Below, one piece after another: positions 1 through 9,042 of a stretch of 33,860 nucleotides of DNA. Each line of letters opens with the position of its first letter. The first letter of the stretch is position 1. The translations under genes and the position numbers were made by a program. The stretch spans positions 1-33,860 of the forward strand of contig JBGANF010000090.1 in the NCBI GenBank assembly GCA_044222475.1, written 5' to 3'. The DNA is from Polyangiaceae bacterium. Its GTDB lineage: Bacteria; Myxococcota_A; Polyangia; Polyangiales; Polyangiaceae. The notes beneath the pieces were generated by a model. That model saw only the letters and a list, made by a program, of their open reading frames with translations. It made no database searches and had not been told where the DNA came from.

Positions 1-70
1 CTCTCCCACTCCCGAGCGAAGCGCTACCAAACCGGCACGAGGGCATGCAACCTGCGATAGCGCTCTCTTC

Positions 71-766
71 TCAATCGTCCGCGTCCCAGATCTCTTCCAA
101 CGGCGGCACGATTCCGTCGACCTCGTAGCGCGCCCACGCTTCGGGATGCTCCCGCTCGCAGAGCGCTCGCACGGCCTTCGCGCTCCGGCGGATGATCGGC
201 TTTCCATCGGTGCTGCTCCGCGGGCGGATGCGAAGATCTCGCGGGTCGTACACCGTGAGCTCCACCGGAAACACGTCCACGACGTGCACGTGAGTGAACT
301 CCATCGGCTTGCCTCCCTTCACGATGCTCACGCGCTCGACCTCGAACGACCAGCCGAGCTCCCGCGCGCGCGCCTCGACGTCGCTCGGGTGCACCGCGAA
401 GACGTGGATGTCGACGTCGCTGCCTTCGCGCACGTGGCCCGTCGCGACCGACCCAATGAGCCGCGGCATGAACGCGTCGAGCGCGAGCATCGTCTCGAGC
501 GCGACGATCCGCATGGCGAAGAGCCGTCGAAACCGGCTGTCGCCTTCGATGTCCTCGACGAGCTCCAGGAGCGCCGACTTGATCTCGCCGTTCGACGGTA
601 GATCCCTCGGCCGGTAACGCACCGTGCGCGACGCTTCGCGACCGAGCAGGCGCTTCGCTGCGAGCCGCTTCGCGGTGAAGTACTGCTTCACGTCCTCGCC
701 GTACATGATCTGCGCCGCGAGCTGGGCGATCGCTTCTCGGAGGCCGCCGTGACGTTCCCAGCTCAT
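71..766 (-). CDS. Pol-beta superfamily nucleotidyltransferase domain protein (COG2413-like)
   Basis: Signature LIGSVATGHVREGSDVDIHV (GS...DxD) and a later acidic residue in PVELTV; helical N-terminus YFTAKRLAA...LPSNGEI; ATG overlaps the upstream stop (ATGA, 763-766). Confidence 0.85.
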   Translation of the reverse strand: MSWERHGGLREAIAQLAAQIMYGEDVKQYFTAKRLAAKRLLGREASRTVRYRPRDLPSNGEIKSALLELVEDIEGDSRFRRLFAMRIVALETMLALDAFMPRLIGSVATGHVREGSDVDIHVFAVHPSDVEARARELGWSFEVERVSIVKGGKPMEFTHVHVVDVFPVELTVYDPRDLRIRPRSSTDGKPIIRRSAKAVRALCEREHPEAWARYEVDGIVPPLEEIWDADD

Positions 767-1020
767 CGTCCTTCGAACAGCGGTGCGAGCGCGCTCCTCA
801 GCTTCGCCAGCGCGCCACCGACGATGGCGCCGTTGCGCTGCGCTCCGAAGAGCCTCTTCTGGACGACCTGCTGGGAGATGCCCAAACGGCGGGCAATCTC
901 GGACTGGCTGAGCCCTTCGAAGAAGAACAGCTCCACCGCTTCGCGCTGCTTCTCGGTCAGCGCCGTGGCGACGGCGCGGCGTACCAAGTCGTCTCGATTG
1001 ACGGAGTCATCTTCGGACAT
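763..1020 (-). CDS. Stand-alone sigma-70 region 4 / HTH DNA-binding protein (85 aa)
   Basis: LTEKQREAVELFFFEGLSQSEIARRLGISQQVVQKRL is a typical region-4 HTH; start reassigned to ATG 1020, directly preceded by GAAAGGA; no region 2. Confidence 0.85.
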   Translation of the reverse strand: MSEDDSVNRDDLVRRAVATALTEKQREAVELFFFEGLSQSEIARRLGISQQVVQKRLFGAQRNGAIVGGALAKLRSALAPLFEGR

Positions 1021-1474
1021 TCCTTTCGGGGGCCGAGTGGCCGGTGGAGAACGTTTCGAGAATCGCGAACGCTTCGCTCGGTTCGAGGACACGCGCGTCC
1101 TTGCGCCGACCTCCGACGTCCCAGCGGCGCAGCGCCTCGAGATCGCGGAGCTCTTTCGTTCCGTGGAGGCGCTTCCTCGTCGCTCTGGGGTCGCGCATGA
1201 GGTCCAGGTGGTGACGGACGAGCCAGACCACCCGATCACTGACGAGCCCTTCGAGGAGATCCGCGCCGACCTCGTCGTGAGAGCCCGAGTCCTTCATCGA
1301 CTTGCCGACGTCGTGAAACAGCGCTGCGGCCCACATCTCCACGTCCACCGTCGCCCGGCGCGCGAGGTCGAACACCTGGAGCGAGTGAAACAGCGCATCG
1401 CCCTCGGGGTGGTACTTCGGCGACTGCGCGACGCCGTCGAGAGCCTCGAGAAGCTGGAGTAGCTCGGGGTCCAT
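1007..1474 (-). CDS. HD-domain phosphohydrolase resembling the HD domain of multifunctional CCA-adding enzymes
   Basis: QSPKYHPEGDALFHSLQV...ALFHDVGKS...HDEVGA...VRHH...RWD; overlaps the next gene by 14 nt. Confidence 0.85.
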   Translation of the reverse strand: MDPELLQLLEALDGVAQSPKYHPEGDALFHSLQVFDLARRATVDVEMWAAALFHDVGKSMKDSGSHDEVGADLLEGLVSDRVVWLVRHHLDLMRDPRATRKRLHGTKELRDLEALRRWDVGGRRKDARVLEPSEAFAILETFSTGHSAPERNVRR

Positions 1475-1533
1475 CTACCCTGGGGCGCCCCTACACCCAC
1501 CCATTGGCGCCACGTGATGTACGCTCGTCCTCG

Positions 1534-3804
1534 ATGAGCGAGTCGATCGGTCTTGGCGACACGCTTGCGGCCGACTCGCGCTCGGGCGACGACACGCCGA
1601 TGGCCACGCTCGTCGCCGAGCGCTACGAGCTCCTCGGCTTGGTCGGGCGCGGCGGGATGGGCGCCGTCTACCGCGCGCGCGACCGCGTGCTGGACGAGAC
1701 CGTCGCGCTCAAGATGTTGCGCCGCGAGCTCCTCGGCTCGGCCGACGCCATCGCCCGGTTCGTTCAGGAGGTGAAGCTCGCGCGCAAGGTCACGCACCCT
1801 AGCGTCGCGCGCACGTTCGACATCGGCGAGCACGGTGCGGATCGATTCCTCACCATGGAGTGGATCGACGGCGAGTCCCTCGGATCGCGCATCGAGCGCG
1901 AAGGGCGCCTGCCTCGCACGGAGGCGCTCCGGATCGCGCTCGGGATCTGCGACGGCGTCGAGGCCGCCCACGCTGCGGCGATCGTGCATCGCGATCTCAA
2001 GCCCGACAACGTGATGCTCGCCCGCGACGGTCGAGTGGTCGTCACCGACTTCGGGATCGCTCGCCCGGCGACCGGCACCTCGCGCACCGAAGGCATCGTG
2101 GGGACGCCCGCGTACATGGCGCCCGAGCAGATCGAGGGCGGCAAGCTGGACGCGCGCACCGACGTCTACGCCATCGGCGAGATCCTCTACGAGATGCTGA
2201 CCGGCGAACGTGCGTGGTCGGGGGACAACCCGTTCGTCGTCGTGCTCGCGAAGATGCGCGACGCACCGCCCGACCCGCGAACCAAGGGCGACGCATCGCC
2301 GGAGCTCGCGGAGATCACGCGGCGGTGCATGGAGCGCGCCCCCGGCGATCGCTACGCGGACGTTCGAGCCGTGCGCGACGCGCTGCGCGACGTCGCACGC
2401 GCTCCGCAGCCCTCGTCACCGGCGCCCCTCCGACCCGCACCTCGCGACGTGCGTCCGGCTCTGTCTCTCGCGGTGCGCCCCTTTCGCAGCGGCACCGCCG
2501 ACGATCCCGACGATCTCGCGCGCGGCCTCGCGGAGGACGTCCTCGACACCCTCTCGACCGCGCCGGGTCTTCGCGTGCGCGCAGCTCCGGATTCGGAGCT
2601 CGACTCGCGATCGCTCGGGCGCGAGCTCGGCGTCGACGTCGTGCTCGAAGGCACCCTGCGACGCGTCGGCGAAGAGACGAGACTCGCGGCGCGAGTGATC
2701 AGCGTCGCCGACGGTTTTCACGTCTGGGCGCGCCGCTTCGTCACGCCCCACACCGACTTGCTCGGCGTCGCCGACGATGCCGCGAACGCGATCGCGGAGG
2801 CGCTCGCCGCGCACGTGGCGACCCCACGCCGAGCGGCGGTCGACCCGATCGCGCTCGATTGCTACCTGCGCGGTCGCGACCTCATGCGTCGCAGTTGGTA
2901 CACCGTCGGCGCCGAAGCGTCGGGCGCGATCGCCCTCTTCGAGGAGGCGCTCGCCCGCGTCCCGGACGATCCGACGTTCCTCGCGACGACGGCCATGGCC
3001 TACACGCGGTCACCACGCGGACACCGTGTCGAAGCGGCAACCGCGCGCGCAATGCGCGCGATCGAGCTCGCGCCGCACCTGCCGGACCCGTGGTTCGCGC
3101 TGGCCCTGGTGAGAGCCGCGGCAGGCGACACGATGAACGCCATCCCGGCAGCCGCGGAGGCACACCGCAAAGGCCCGTCGCTCGCGGGTCCGTTGGCCTT
3201 CTTCGGCGGCCTCTTCGACGAGGTCGGCCCGATCGAGAGCGCGCGACACTACCTCGAACGAGCGGCCGAGACCGATCCGAGCTCGGGCGCAGTGCTCGTG
3301 CCGCTGTTGCGGACGCTCTTCTTCCTCGGCGAGCACGACGAGCTTCGCCGTCGCCTCGCGGCCAGCGCCGACGTGCACAACTACCCCATCGTCGGAGGGT
3401 TCTGTACGCGGCTCGCCATTTGGTCGGGTGACCCGAGTTGGCTTCCGGAAACCAGCGCGGTCAAGAAGTGGCCGCTCACGGCGATGCTCGCCGACGCGCT
3501 GGAGCATCGGCGCGTCAGGGACGAAACCTTCCTGGCGGTCCGCGAGCTCCGCGCCAACGGAACGCGCTTCTGGCGCTTCGCGTGCCAGCTCGCCGCAGAG
3601 ACGTCGGCTGCGTGCGACGATCTTCGGGCGTTCGACTGGCTCCAAGAGAGCGTCGACGTCGGCCTCTACGACGTCGTGTGGATGGATCGCTGCCCCGCGC
3701 TCGGCTCGCTGCGGAGCGATCCTCGCTTCGCGACGATCCACGCGATCGTGCGCGATCGCGCCGACGCGTTGCGCGAAGCCGCCGCGCGCGAGGGCCACGC
3801 CTAG
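1534..3804 (+). CDS. Ser/Thr protein kinase with TolB-N-like domain and TPR-like C-terminus
   Basis: GRGGMGAVY, VALKML, HRDLKPDN, DFG, GTPAYMAPE; then LAVRPF...GRELGVDVVLEGTLRR...HVWARRF; start at ATG 1534 (TACGCT 8 nt upstream) preferred over TTG 1504. Confidence 0.93.
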   Translation: MSESIGLGDTLAADSRSGDDTPMATLVAERYELLGLVGRGGMGAVYRARDRVLDETVALKMLRRELLGSADAIARFVQEVKLARKVTHPSVARTFDIGEHGADRFLTMEWIDGESLGSRIEREGRLPRTEALRIALGICDGVEAAHAAAIVHRDLKPDNVMLARDGRVVVTDFGIARPATGTSRTEGIVGTPAYMAPEQIEGGKLDARTDVYAIGEILYEMLTGERAWSGDNPFVVVLAKMRDAPPDPRTKGDASPELAEITRRCMERAPGDRYADVRAVRDALRDVARAPQPSSPAPLRPAPRDVRPALSLAVRPFRSGTADDPDDLARGLAEDVLDTLSTAPGLRVRAAPDSELDSRSLGRELGVDVVLEGTLRRVGEETRLAARVISVADGFHVWARRFVTPHTDLLGVADDAANAIAEALAAHVATPRRAAVDPIALDCYLRGRDLMRRSWYTVGAEASGAIALFEEALARVPDDPTFLATTAMAYTRSPRGHRVEAATARAMRAIELAPHLPDPWFALALVRAAAGDTMNAIPAAAEAHRKGPSLAGPLAFFGGLFDEVGPIESARHYLERAAETDPSSGAVLVPLLRTLFFLGEHDELRRRLAASADVHNYPIVGGFCTRLAIWSGDPSWLPETSAVKKWPLTAMLADALEHRRVRDETFLAVRELRANGTRFWRFACQLAAETSAACDDLRAFDWLQESVDVGLYDVVWMDRCPALGSLRSDPRFATIHAIVRDRADALREAAAREGHA

Positions 3805-3816
3805 CCGGCAAACTCG

Positions 3817-4992
3817 TCACCCCAACGATCGCAACAGCTCCCTCGCGATCACGAGGCGCTGAATCTCGCTCGTTCCCTCGTAGATCCGTGTCACGCGCGC
3901 ATCTCGGTAGATCCGCTCCACGTCGAACTCGCGCGAGTACCCGTAGCCGCCGTGCAGCTGCACCATGCGATCGACGATCCGCCCGCACGCCTCCGACGCG
4001 AAGAGCTTCGCCATGCTCGTCTCGGCCGCCGCCTTGTCCCCGGCGTCGAGCAACCGCGCCGCGCGCAGCGTCAACAGCCACGCCGCGTCGAGCTCGGTGC
4101 GGCAATCGGCGAGGACGAACTGCGTGTTCTGGAAATCGGTGAGCGCCTGCCCGAACGCCTTGCGGTCGCGCGCGTACGCCGCTCCGCGCGCCAGCGCCGC
4201 TTCGGCGAGACCGATCGACAGCGCCGCGATCCCGACCCGCCCCGCGCCCAACGCCGAGAGCGCGATCGGATACCCCCCTCCGCGACGACCCACGAGGTTC
4301 GCCGCCGGAATGCGACACCGATCGAAGTGCAGCCCGACGGTGCCCGACGCGCGCTGCCCCATCTTGTTCTCTTCCTTGCCGATCCCGAGGCCCGGAGCCC
4401 CGCGCTCGACGACGAAGCAGCTGATGCCTTCGTTCCCGGGTCCGTCGCTCCGCGCGAAGACGACGTGCATGCCGGCGTGAGCGCCGCTCGTGATCCACAT
4501 CTTCTCGCCGTCGAGGACCCAGTGGTCACCGTCGAGGCGCGCCGTCGTCTTCAACGCGGCGGCGTCGGAGCCGCAGCTCGGCTCGCTCAACGCGAAGCTC
4601 GCGGGCCCGAGCGCGCCGGCGGCGTACGGCCGGAGCCACTTGTCCTTCTGCGCCGCGGACGCGTGGTCCGCGAGGATCTTGGACGCGAGGTTGCTCGACG
4701 CGAGGATCACCGCGGTCGACGCGCACCCCTCCGCGATCGCCTCCATCGCGAGCGCGTAGCCCACGTTGTCGGTCCCGGATCCGCCGTCGTCGAGCGGCAC
4801 CTTCATCGCGAGGAGACCGACCGACGCGAGCTCGGTCATCTCTTCGAGCGGGAACTTCCCGGTCGCGTCGCGCTCGGCGGCCCGCGGCGCGAGGCGCCTC
4901 GTGGAGATCTCACGCGCCGCCGAGGCGACCATGAGCTGCTCTTCGGTGAGAGGAAACATCAGGCGATCGATGCGGCTCGATTTCGCTGCCAT
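3817..4992 (-). CDS. Acyl-CoA dehydrogenase (short/branched-chain-like)
   Basis: FALSEPSCGSDAA, GEKMWITSG, KMGQRAS, QLHGGYGYSRE, RIYEGTSEIQR; alternative start at 4959. Confidence 0.95.
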   Translation of the reverse strand: MAAKSSRIDRLMFPLTEEQLMVASAAREISTRRLAPRAAERDATGKFPLEEMTELASVGLLAMKVPLDDGGSGTDNVGYALAMEAIAEGCASTAVILASSNLASKILADHASAAQKDKWLRPYAAGALGPASFALSEPSCGSDAAALKTTARLDGDHWVLDGEKMWITSGAHAGMHVVFARSDGPGNEGISCFVVERGAPGLGIGKEENKMGQRASGTVGLHFDRCRIPAANLVGRRGGGYPIALSALGAGRVGIAALSIGLAEAALARGAAYARDRKAFGQALTDFQNTQFVLADCRTELDAAWLLTLRAARLLDAGDKAAAETSMAKLFASEACGRIVDRMVQLHGGYGYSREFDVERIYRDARVTRIYEGTSEIQRLVIARELLRSLG

Positions 4993-5045
4993 GCGGCGGA
5001 ATCTGACCGAATCGCGCGCTCCCGAAAAGGCCCGCGGCGCAAAAA

Positions 5046-5066
5046 GATGACAGGTAACCTGTCATC
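5046..5066. promoter_or_regulatory. Perfect inverted repeat GATGACAGGT-A-ACCTGTCATC, probable MarR operator, overlapping the -10 box TAACCT (5055-5060)
   Basis: 10-bp perfect arms with a 1-nt spacer, ending immediately before the MarR ATG, between divergent genes. Confidence 0.75.
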
Positions 5067-5546
5067 ATGAAGACCCCTCGCAAGCTCCGCAAACGCCACT
5101 CGCTCGGCGAGCTGCGCGCCGTCGTCGACGAGACGATCGCGTTCTTCCACCGCCTTCGGTGGGTCGCGGAGCAGATCTACGGACCTGCCGGGCGTTCGAC
5201 CGCGCGCCGCGGCATCTTGCGCGGCCTCGTCCGGTACGGCGCGCAGACCGTGCCCGCGCTCGCGCGCGCCCGCGGGGTCACGCGGCAGCACGTGCAAGAG
5301 GTGGTCGACGCGCTCGTCGAAGAGGGCCTCGCGTCGTTCACGACCAACCCGGCGCATGCTCGCTCGCGGCTCGTCCGTGCGACGGCGGAGGGCGAGGAGT
5401 CGGTTCGCGCGATGGATGCCATCGACGCGAGGGTGCTTGCTGCGGTCGGCCGCGACATTCCGCGAGGCGATCTCGAGACGACGGTGCGCACGCTGAGGCT
5501 CCTCCGCGAGCGCTTCGAGATCGGGGCGCGATGGCGTCACGCCTGA
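5067..5546 (+). CDS. MarR-family transcriptional regulator
   Basis: Winged HTH: TVPALARARGVTRQHVQEVVDALVEEGL...NPAHARSRLVRATAEG. Confidence 0.9.
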   Translation: MKTPRKLRKRHSLGELRAVVDETIAFFHRLRWVAEQIYGPAGRSTARRGILRGLVRYGAQTVPALARARGVTRQHVQEVVDALVEEGLASFTTNPAHARSRLVRATAEGEESVRAMDAIDARVLAAVGRDIPRGDLETTVRTLRLLRERFEIGARWRHA

Positions 5547-5594
5547 CGCCGCCCCCTTGCCGCGGTGCGGAGAATGCGGTCCACTCGATCTACC

Positions 5595-6794
5595 GTGCGG
5601 ATTCGTCATGTCTCGATCGCCGCGCTGCCGTTCGTGCTCGGCGCGTGCACGCTCTTCACCGAGCTGAGCGGCCTCCGCGGAACCGGATCCGGCGACGCCG
5701 GGATCGACGCGACTCCACTCGGTGACGCCTCACCGGACGCCGCGACCGACGGAGCCGTCCCCGACGGCGGCGGAGCGAAGTGTCCGCCGTGGATCCTCCC
5801 GGCGACGTGCGACGCGAAGTACCTGAGCGATCCGAAGAACTGCTGTGTCGCCGGTCGCGACTGCCAAGGCGGAGCATGCCTGAACGGCGCGTGCCAACCC
5901 GTGACGATCGTGCCCGACGCGACGACCGACGCGCGCGGCATCGTCGCCGTCGGCGACAATCTGGTGTGGGCCACCGGCTGCACCGCGCAGCTGCGGCGCG
6001 TCCTCAAGGACGGAGCCGGCAACACCGGGCTTCCGAAGGGCGTGAAGTGCACGCCCACCGTCGCGGCGTGGGGCGCCAACGCGTACTTCATCGAGTTCGA
6101 CGGATCCCACCTCAACGTCGTCCCGATCGACGGGCTGCAGCCGTCGAAGGTCGTCGCCAACGTGGCGCAAGCCGGCGCGCGCTCGAACTTCGCGCGGCTC
6201 GCGCTCGACGGCAAGAACGCGTACTGGGCGACCCAGACGCCGCCCGGCATCTGGTACGCGCCGATGAACGGCGACAACGCGACCGCGAGTCCGCTCGCGG
6301 TCGACACCATCACGAGCGAGACCGCGAAGACGCCGTACGGCGTCGCGGTCGACTCCACGGCCGTCTACTGGGCGGACCAGGGCGAAGGCGCCATCAAGCG
6401 CCGGCAGGTCGCGAGCCTCGGGCAGGACATCAAGGCGGAGGTCGTGATCACCCAGGCGAACGTCCGTGACGTCACGCTCGACGCCGACGACCTCTATTGG
6501 ACGAGCTCGGACGGCTTCGTCCGTCGGAGGGCGAAAGCGGGATCGGGATCGGGGACGACGCTCGCGCCCGGTCAGACGGGCATCGAGTCGATCATCGTCG
6601 ACGACCAGTACGTCTACTGGACGAACTACGTCACTGGAGGAACGGTGCGTCGGATCCCGAAGGCGGGTGGCACCGTCGAGACGCTCGCCACTGGGCAGAG
6701 CTACCCGTATTCGATCACCCAGGACTGCACGACGATCTACTGGACGAACCAGGCGAACTTCGCGACCGGCGCGATCGTGAAGGTCGCGAAGTAG
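5595..6794 (+). CDS. Cys-rich lipoprotein with YW-type beta-propeller repeats
   Basis: Lipobox LGAC, Asp/Gly/Ala linker, DPKNCC..GRDCQGGACLNGAC module, repeated (V/L)D...(V/L)YW blades; start uncertain (GTG 5595 chosen; ORF open from 5565). Confidence 0.8.
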   Translation: MRIRHVSIAALPFVLGACTLFTELSGLRGTGSGDAGIDATPLGDASPDAATDGAVPDGGGAKCPPWILPATCDAKYLSDPKNCCVAGRDCQGGACLNGACQPVTIVPDATTDARGIVAVGDNLVWATGCTAQLRRVLKDGAGNTGLPKGVKCTPTVAAWGANAYFIEFDGSHLNVVPIDGLQPSKVVANVAQAGARSNFARLALDGKNAYWATQTPPGIWYAPMNGDNATASPLAVDTITSETAKTPYGVAVDSTAVYWADQGEGAIKRRQVASLGQDIKAEVVITQANVRDVTLDADDLYWTSSDGFVRRRAKAGSGSGTTLAPGQTGIESIIVDDQYVYWTNYVTGGTVRRIPKAGGTVETLATGQSYPYSITQDCTTIYWTNQANFATGAIVKVAK

Positions 6795-6907
6795 CTCGCA
6801 GCCGGTCGCGCAGCGGATCGCCCTCGGCTCTCCGACGTTGGATCCTCGAGCGTCCATGCGCGCTTCCAACCCAATGAAATCACTAGACTCACATTGTAGT
6901 CCAATGG

Positions 6908-6923
6908 TGGTACGCGGTGTGCA
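6908..6923 (+). promoter_or_regulatory. Putative sigma-54 (-24/-12) promoter TGGTACG-CGGT-GTGCA
   Basis: Matches TGGCACG-N4-TTGCW with correct GG/GC spacing, 12 nt before the ATG at 6936, after an AT-richer tract. Confidence 0.55.
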
Positions 6924-6935
6924 TATGTAGGCGCC

Positions 6936-7952
6936 ATGCGACGCCTGCTCTGCGCACTGGTCCTGGCCGCTCTTCCCCTCACGGGCGCGTGCAGCGCGTC
7001 CGACGTCGACGCGACGGTCGACGACGAGACGCGCGAGGCGAACGAAGACGCGCTCACCGGAAAGGGCCGCGTGCAGATCGTCGTGTCGGTCGATTGGGAA
7101 GGCCGCGACCTCCTCCCGCAGAACCTCGACGCGATGAAGGCGCTCCGCCGCGACTACCCGACGGTGCGCATCGTGCAGTTCCTCAACGCCGCGTACTTCA
7201 CGAAGCCGGGAGCGAACGCGACGACGGTGAGCGCGCAGATCAAGTCGGCGCTGCTCCCCACCGACGACCTTGGCCTCCACATCCACGGATGGAAGCGACT
7301 CTTCGAAGCGTCCGGCGTCGCGTTCCGCACGACGCCGAACTTCTGGGGCCGCCCGTACCTGTCGAACGACTGCAGCTTCGACTGCGGTCACGAAGTCCCG
7401 ATCAGCGCGTACACCGAGCCCGAGCTCGAGAAGGTGATCGGCTTCTCGATCGCGACGCTCGAAGCCAACGGCCTCGGTCACGCGAAGAGCTTCCGCGCCG
7501 GCGGTTGGATGGCGAAGGACAACGTGCGCCAAGCGCTCGTGGCGAAGGGCATCGTGTGGGACAGCTCGGCGGTGCCGCAGCCGTACCTCGCGGCGGAGCT
7601 CGGCACGCTGCCGCTCCTGCAGTGGGTCGGCGAGGAGTGGAAGGGCACGACCGCCGCGTCGCAGCCCTACGTCATCACCACCGCGAAGGGCCCGCTGAAG
7701 GAGGTCCCCGACAACGGCGCGCTCGCCGACTACGTGTCGGCCGACGAGATGGTGGACGTGTTCCAGCAAGCGAAGACGCGCTGGATCGCCGACAAGACGA
7801 GAAACCAAGTGGTGAGCATCGGCTTCCACCAAGAGACGGCAGCGACCTACCTGCCGCGCATCCGCGCCGCGCTGGATCGCATCTTCGCGATCGCGAAGAC
7901 GGAGCAGATCCCGATCTCCCGCGTCACGACGAAGTCGCTTCGAGTCTACTGA
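6936..7952 (+). CDS. Lipoprotein, polysaccharide deacetylase (CE4/NodB-like) fold
   Basis: Lipobox TGAC; VVSVDWEG, LGLHIHG, SFRAGGW, WDSS, GFHQ motifs. Confidence 0.7.
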   Translation: MRRLLCALVLAALPLTGACSASDVDATVDDETREANEDALTGKGRVQIVVSVDWEGRDLLPQNLDAMKALRRDYPTVRIVQFLNAAYFTKPGANATTVSAQIKSALLPTDDLGLHIHGWKRLFEASGVAFRTTPNFWGRPYLSNDCSFDCGHEVPISAYTEPELEKVIGFSIATLEANGLGHAKSFRAGGWMAKDNVRQALVAKGIVWDSSAVPQPYLAAELGTLPLLQWVGEEWKGTTAASQPYVITTAKGPLKEVPDNGALADYVSADEMVDVFQQAKTRWIADKTRNQVVSIGFHQETAATYLPRIRAALDRIFAIAKTEQIPISRVTTKSLRVY

Positions 7953-7956
7953 TTGG

Positions 7957-9042
7957 CTAGCGCGGGGTCATGAAGACGCCGGCGCGCTTCGGATCGGTCC
8001 AGTAGATGGCGCGCGCGTCGAGCGCGATCGACGACGGCGTCCCCTGCGCGTAGGCCTTCGGTGTGGTGCAGGCGCTCGGCGAACAGCCCATCAGTCCGGT
8101 GTCGGTGACCCACGCGATGAAGCCCGCGCCGGCGGTGAGCAACCGCGGTGACGCCTGACCCGCGACGATCGTCGTCACCGGACCTCCCGCGCGCGGGACC
8201 GCGGCGATGCTGCCGAGCGCGGGGAGCGTCACGTAGGCGCTCTTGGCGTCCGCGGCGACGTCGCCGCCGGTCGAGGGGAGCGTCGCGAGCAGCGTCGGCG
8301 AGGTCTCGAGCGCGCCAATCGACGAAAGCGTCGCTCCCGCGAGGAGGAACGCGCGACCACCGTCGATCGTCATTCGGTCGAACTGCGAGGTCGACGCCCA
8401 GAGCTTGGTGGGGTTCGAGCCGTCGCGCGCGCTGACGAAGAGGCACGGCAGCGAAGTGCAGCCCGTCACCGCCGCTCCCGGCTGGAAAACGAACAGGTGC
8501 GCCGAGTCGAGACCGAAGCCCGCGGCCGCGCCGCCATCGAACGACGCAATGAGGGACGGCGCGATCACACCGCTCACCTCGGACGATGGAATCGCGTACA
8601 CGCTCGTGCCCACGGTACCCGCAGTAGCAAAGAGGCTCGCCCCATCGACGGTGAGGTATGCGAGTCCGCCGAGGGTCCCCTTCCCTACCGTCTCGACGTT
8701 CCCGCCGACGCGGAGGACCGTGCGCCGAATGGTGCCCGCGACGACCCAGTAGACGTGGTCCGCGTCGAGTGCGATCGACGACGGAGCGACCTGAGCGGCC
8801 GCGAGCGGCGCAGGATCGCAAGCGCCGGCAGTGCACGTGCCGCCGAGGCAGTCTCGCCCGCACACGCCGCAGTTCTTCGGATCCTTTTGGAGGTCGACGC
8901 ACGCGGAGTCACCCGGCACGCCCGTCTCGGGGACACCGGAGTCGGTCGCGCCCCCATCGGGGCCGAGCTCGCTCAGCGACGTCACGAGGCTACAGCCGGC
9001 GAGCGCGCCGACCCCGAGGGCGAGCGTCCAGCGTAGCCTCAT
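7957..9042 (-). CDS. Cys-rich lipoprotein with beta-propeller repeats (paralogue of 5595 and 10232)
   Basis: Start reassigned to ATG 9042 (MRLRWTLALGVGALAGC); DPKNCGVCGRDCLGGTC; IALD...VYW blades; ATGA overlap with the upstream gene. Confidence 0.8.
   Translation of the reverse strand: MRLRWTLALGVGALAGCSLVTSLSELGPDGGATDSGVPETGVPGDSACVDLQKDPKNCGVCGRDCLGGTCTAGACDPAPLAAAQVAPSSIALDADHVYWVVAGTIRRTVLRVGGNVETVGKGTLGGLAYLTVDGASLFATAGTVGTSVYAIPSSEVSGVIAPSLIASFDGGAAAGFGLDSAHLFVFQPGAAVTGCTSLPCLFVSARDGSNPTKLWASTSQFDRMTIDGGRAFLLAGATLSSIGALETSPTLLATLPSTGGDVAADAKSAYVTLPALGSIAAVPRAGGPVTTIVAGQASPRLLTAGAGFIAWVTDTGLMGCSPSACTTPKAYAQGTPSSIALDARAIYWTDPKRAGVFMTPR

Noticed and set aside
33..50. CGGCACG-AGGGC-ATGCA resembling a sigma-54 promoter
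   Set aside because: GG-to-GC spacing is one base too long, and it points into the 3' end of an antisense gene
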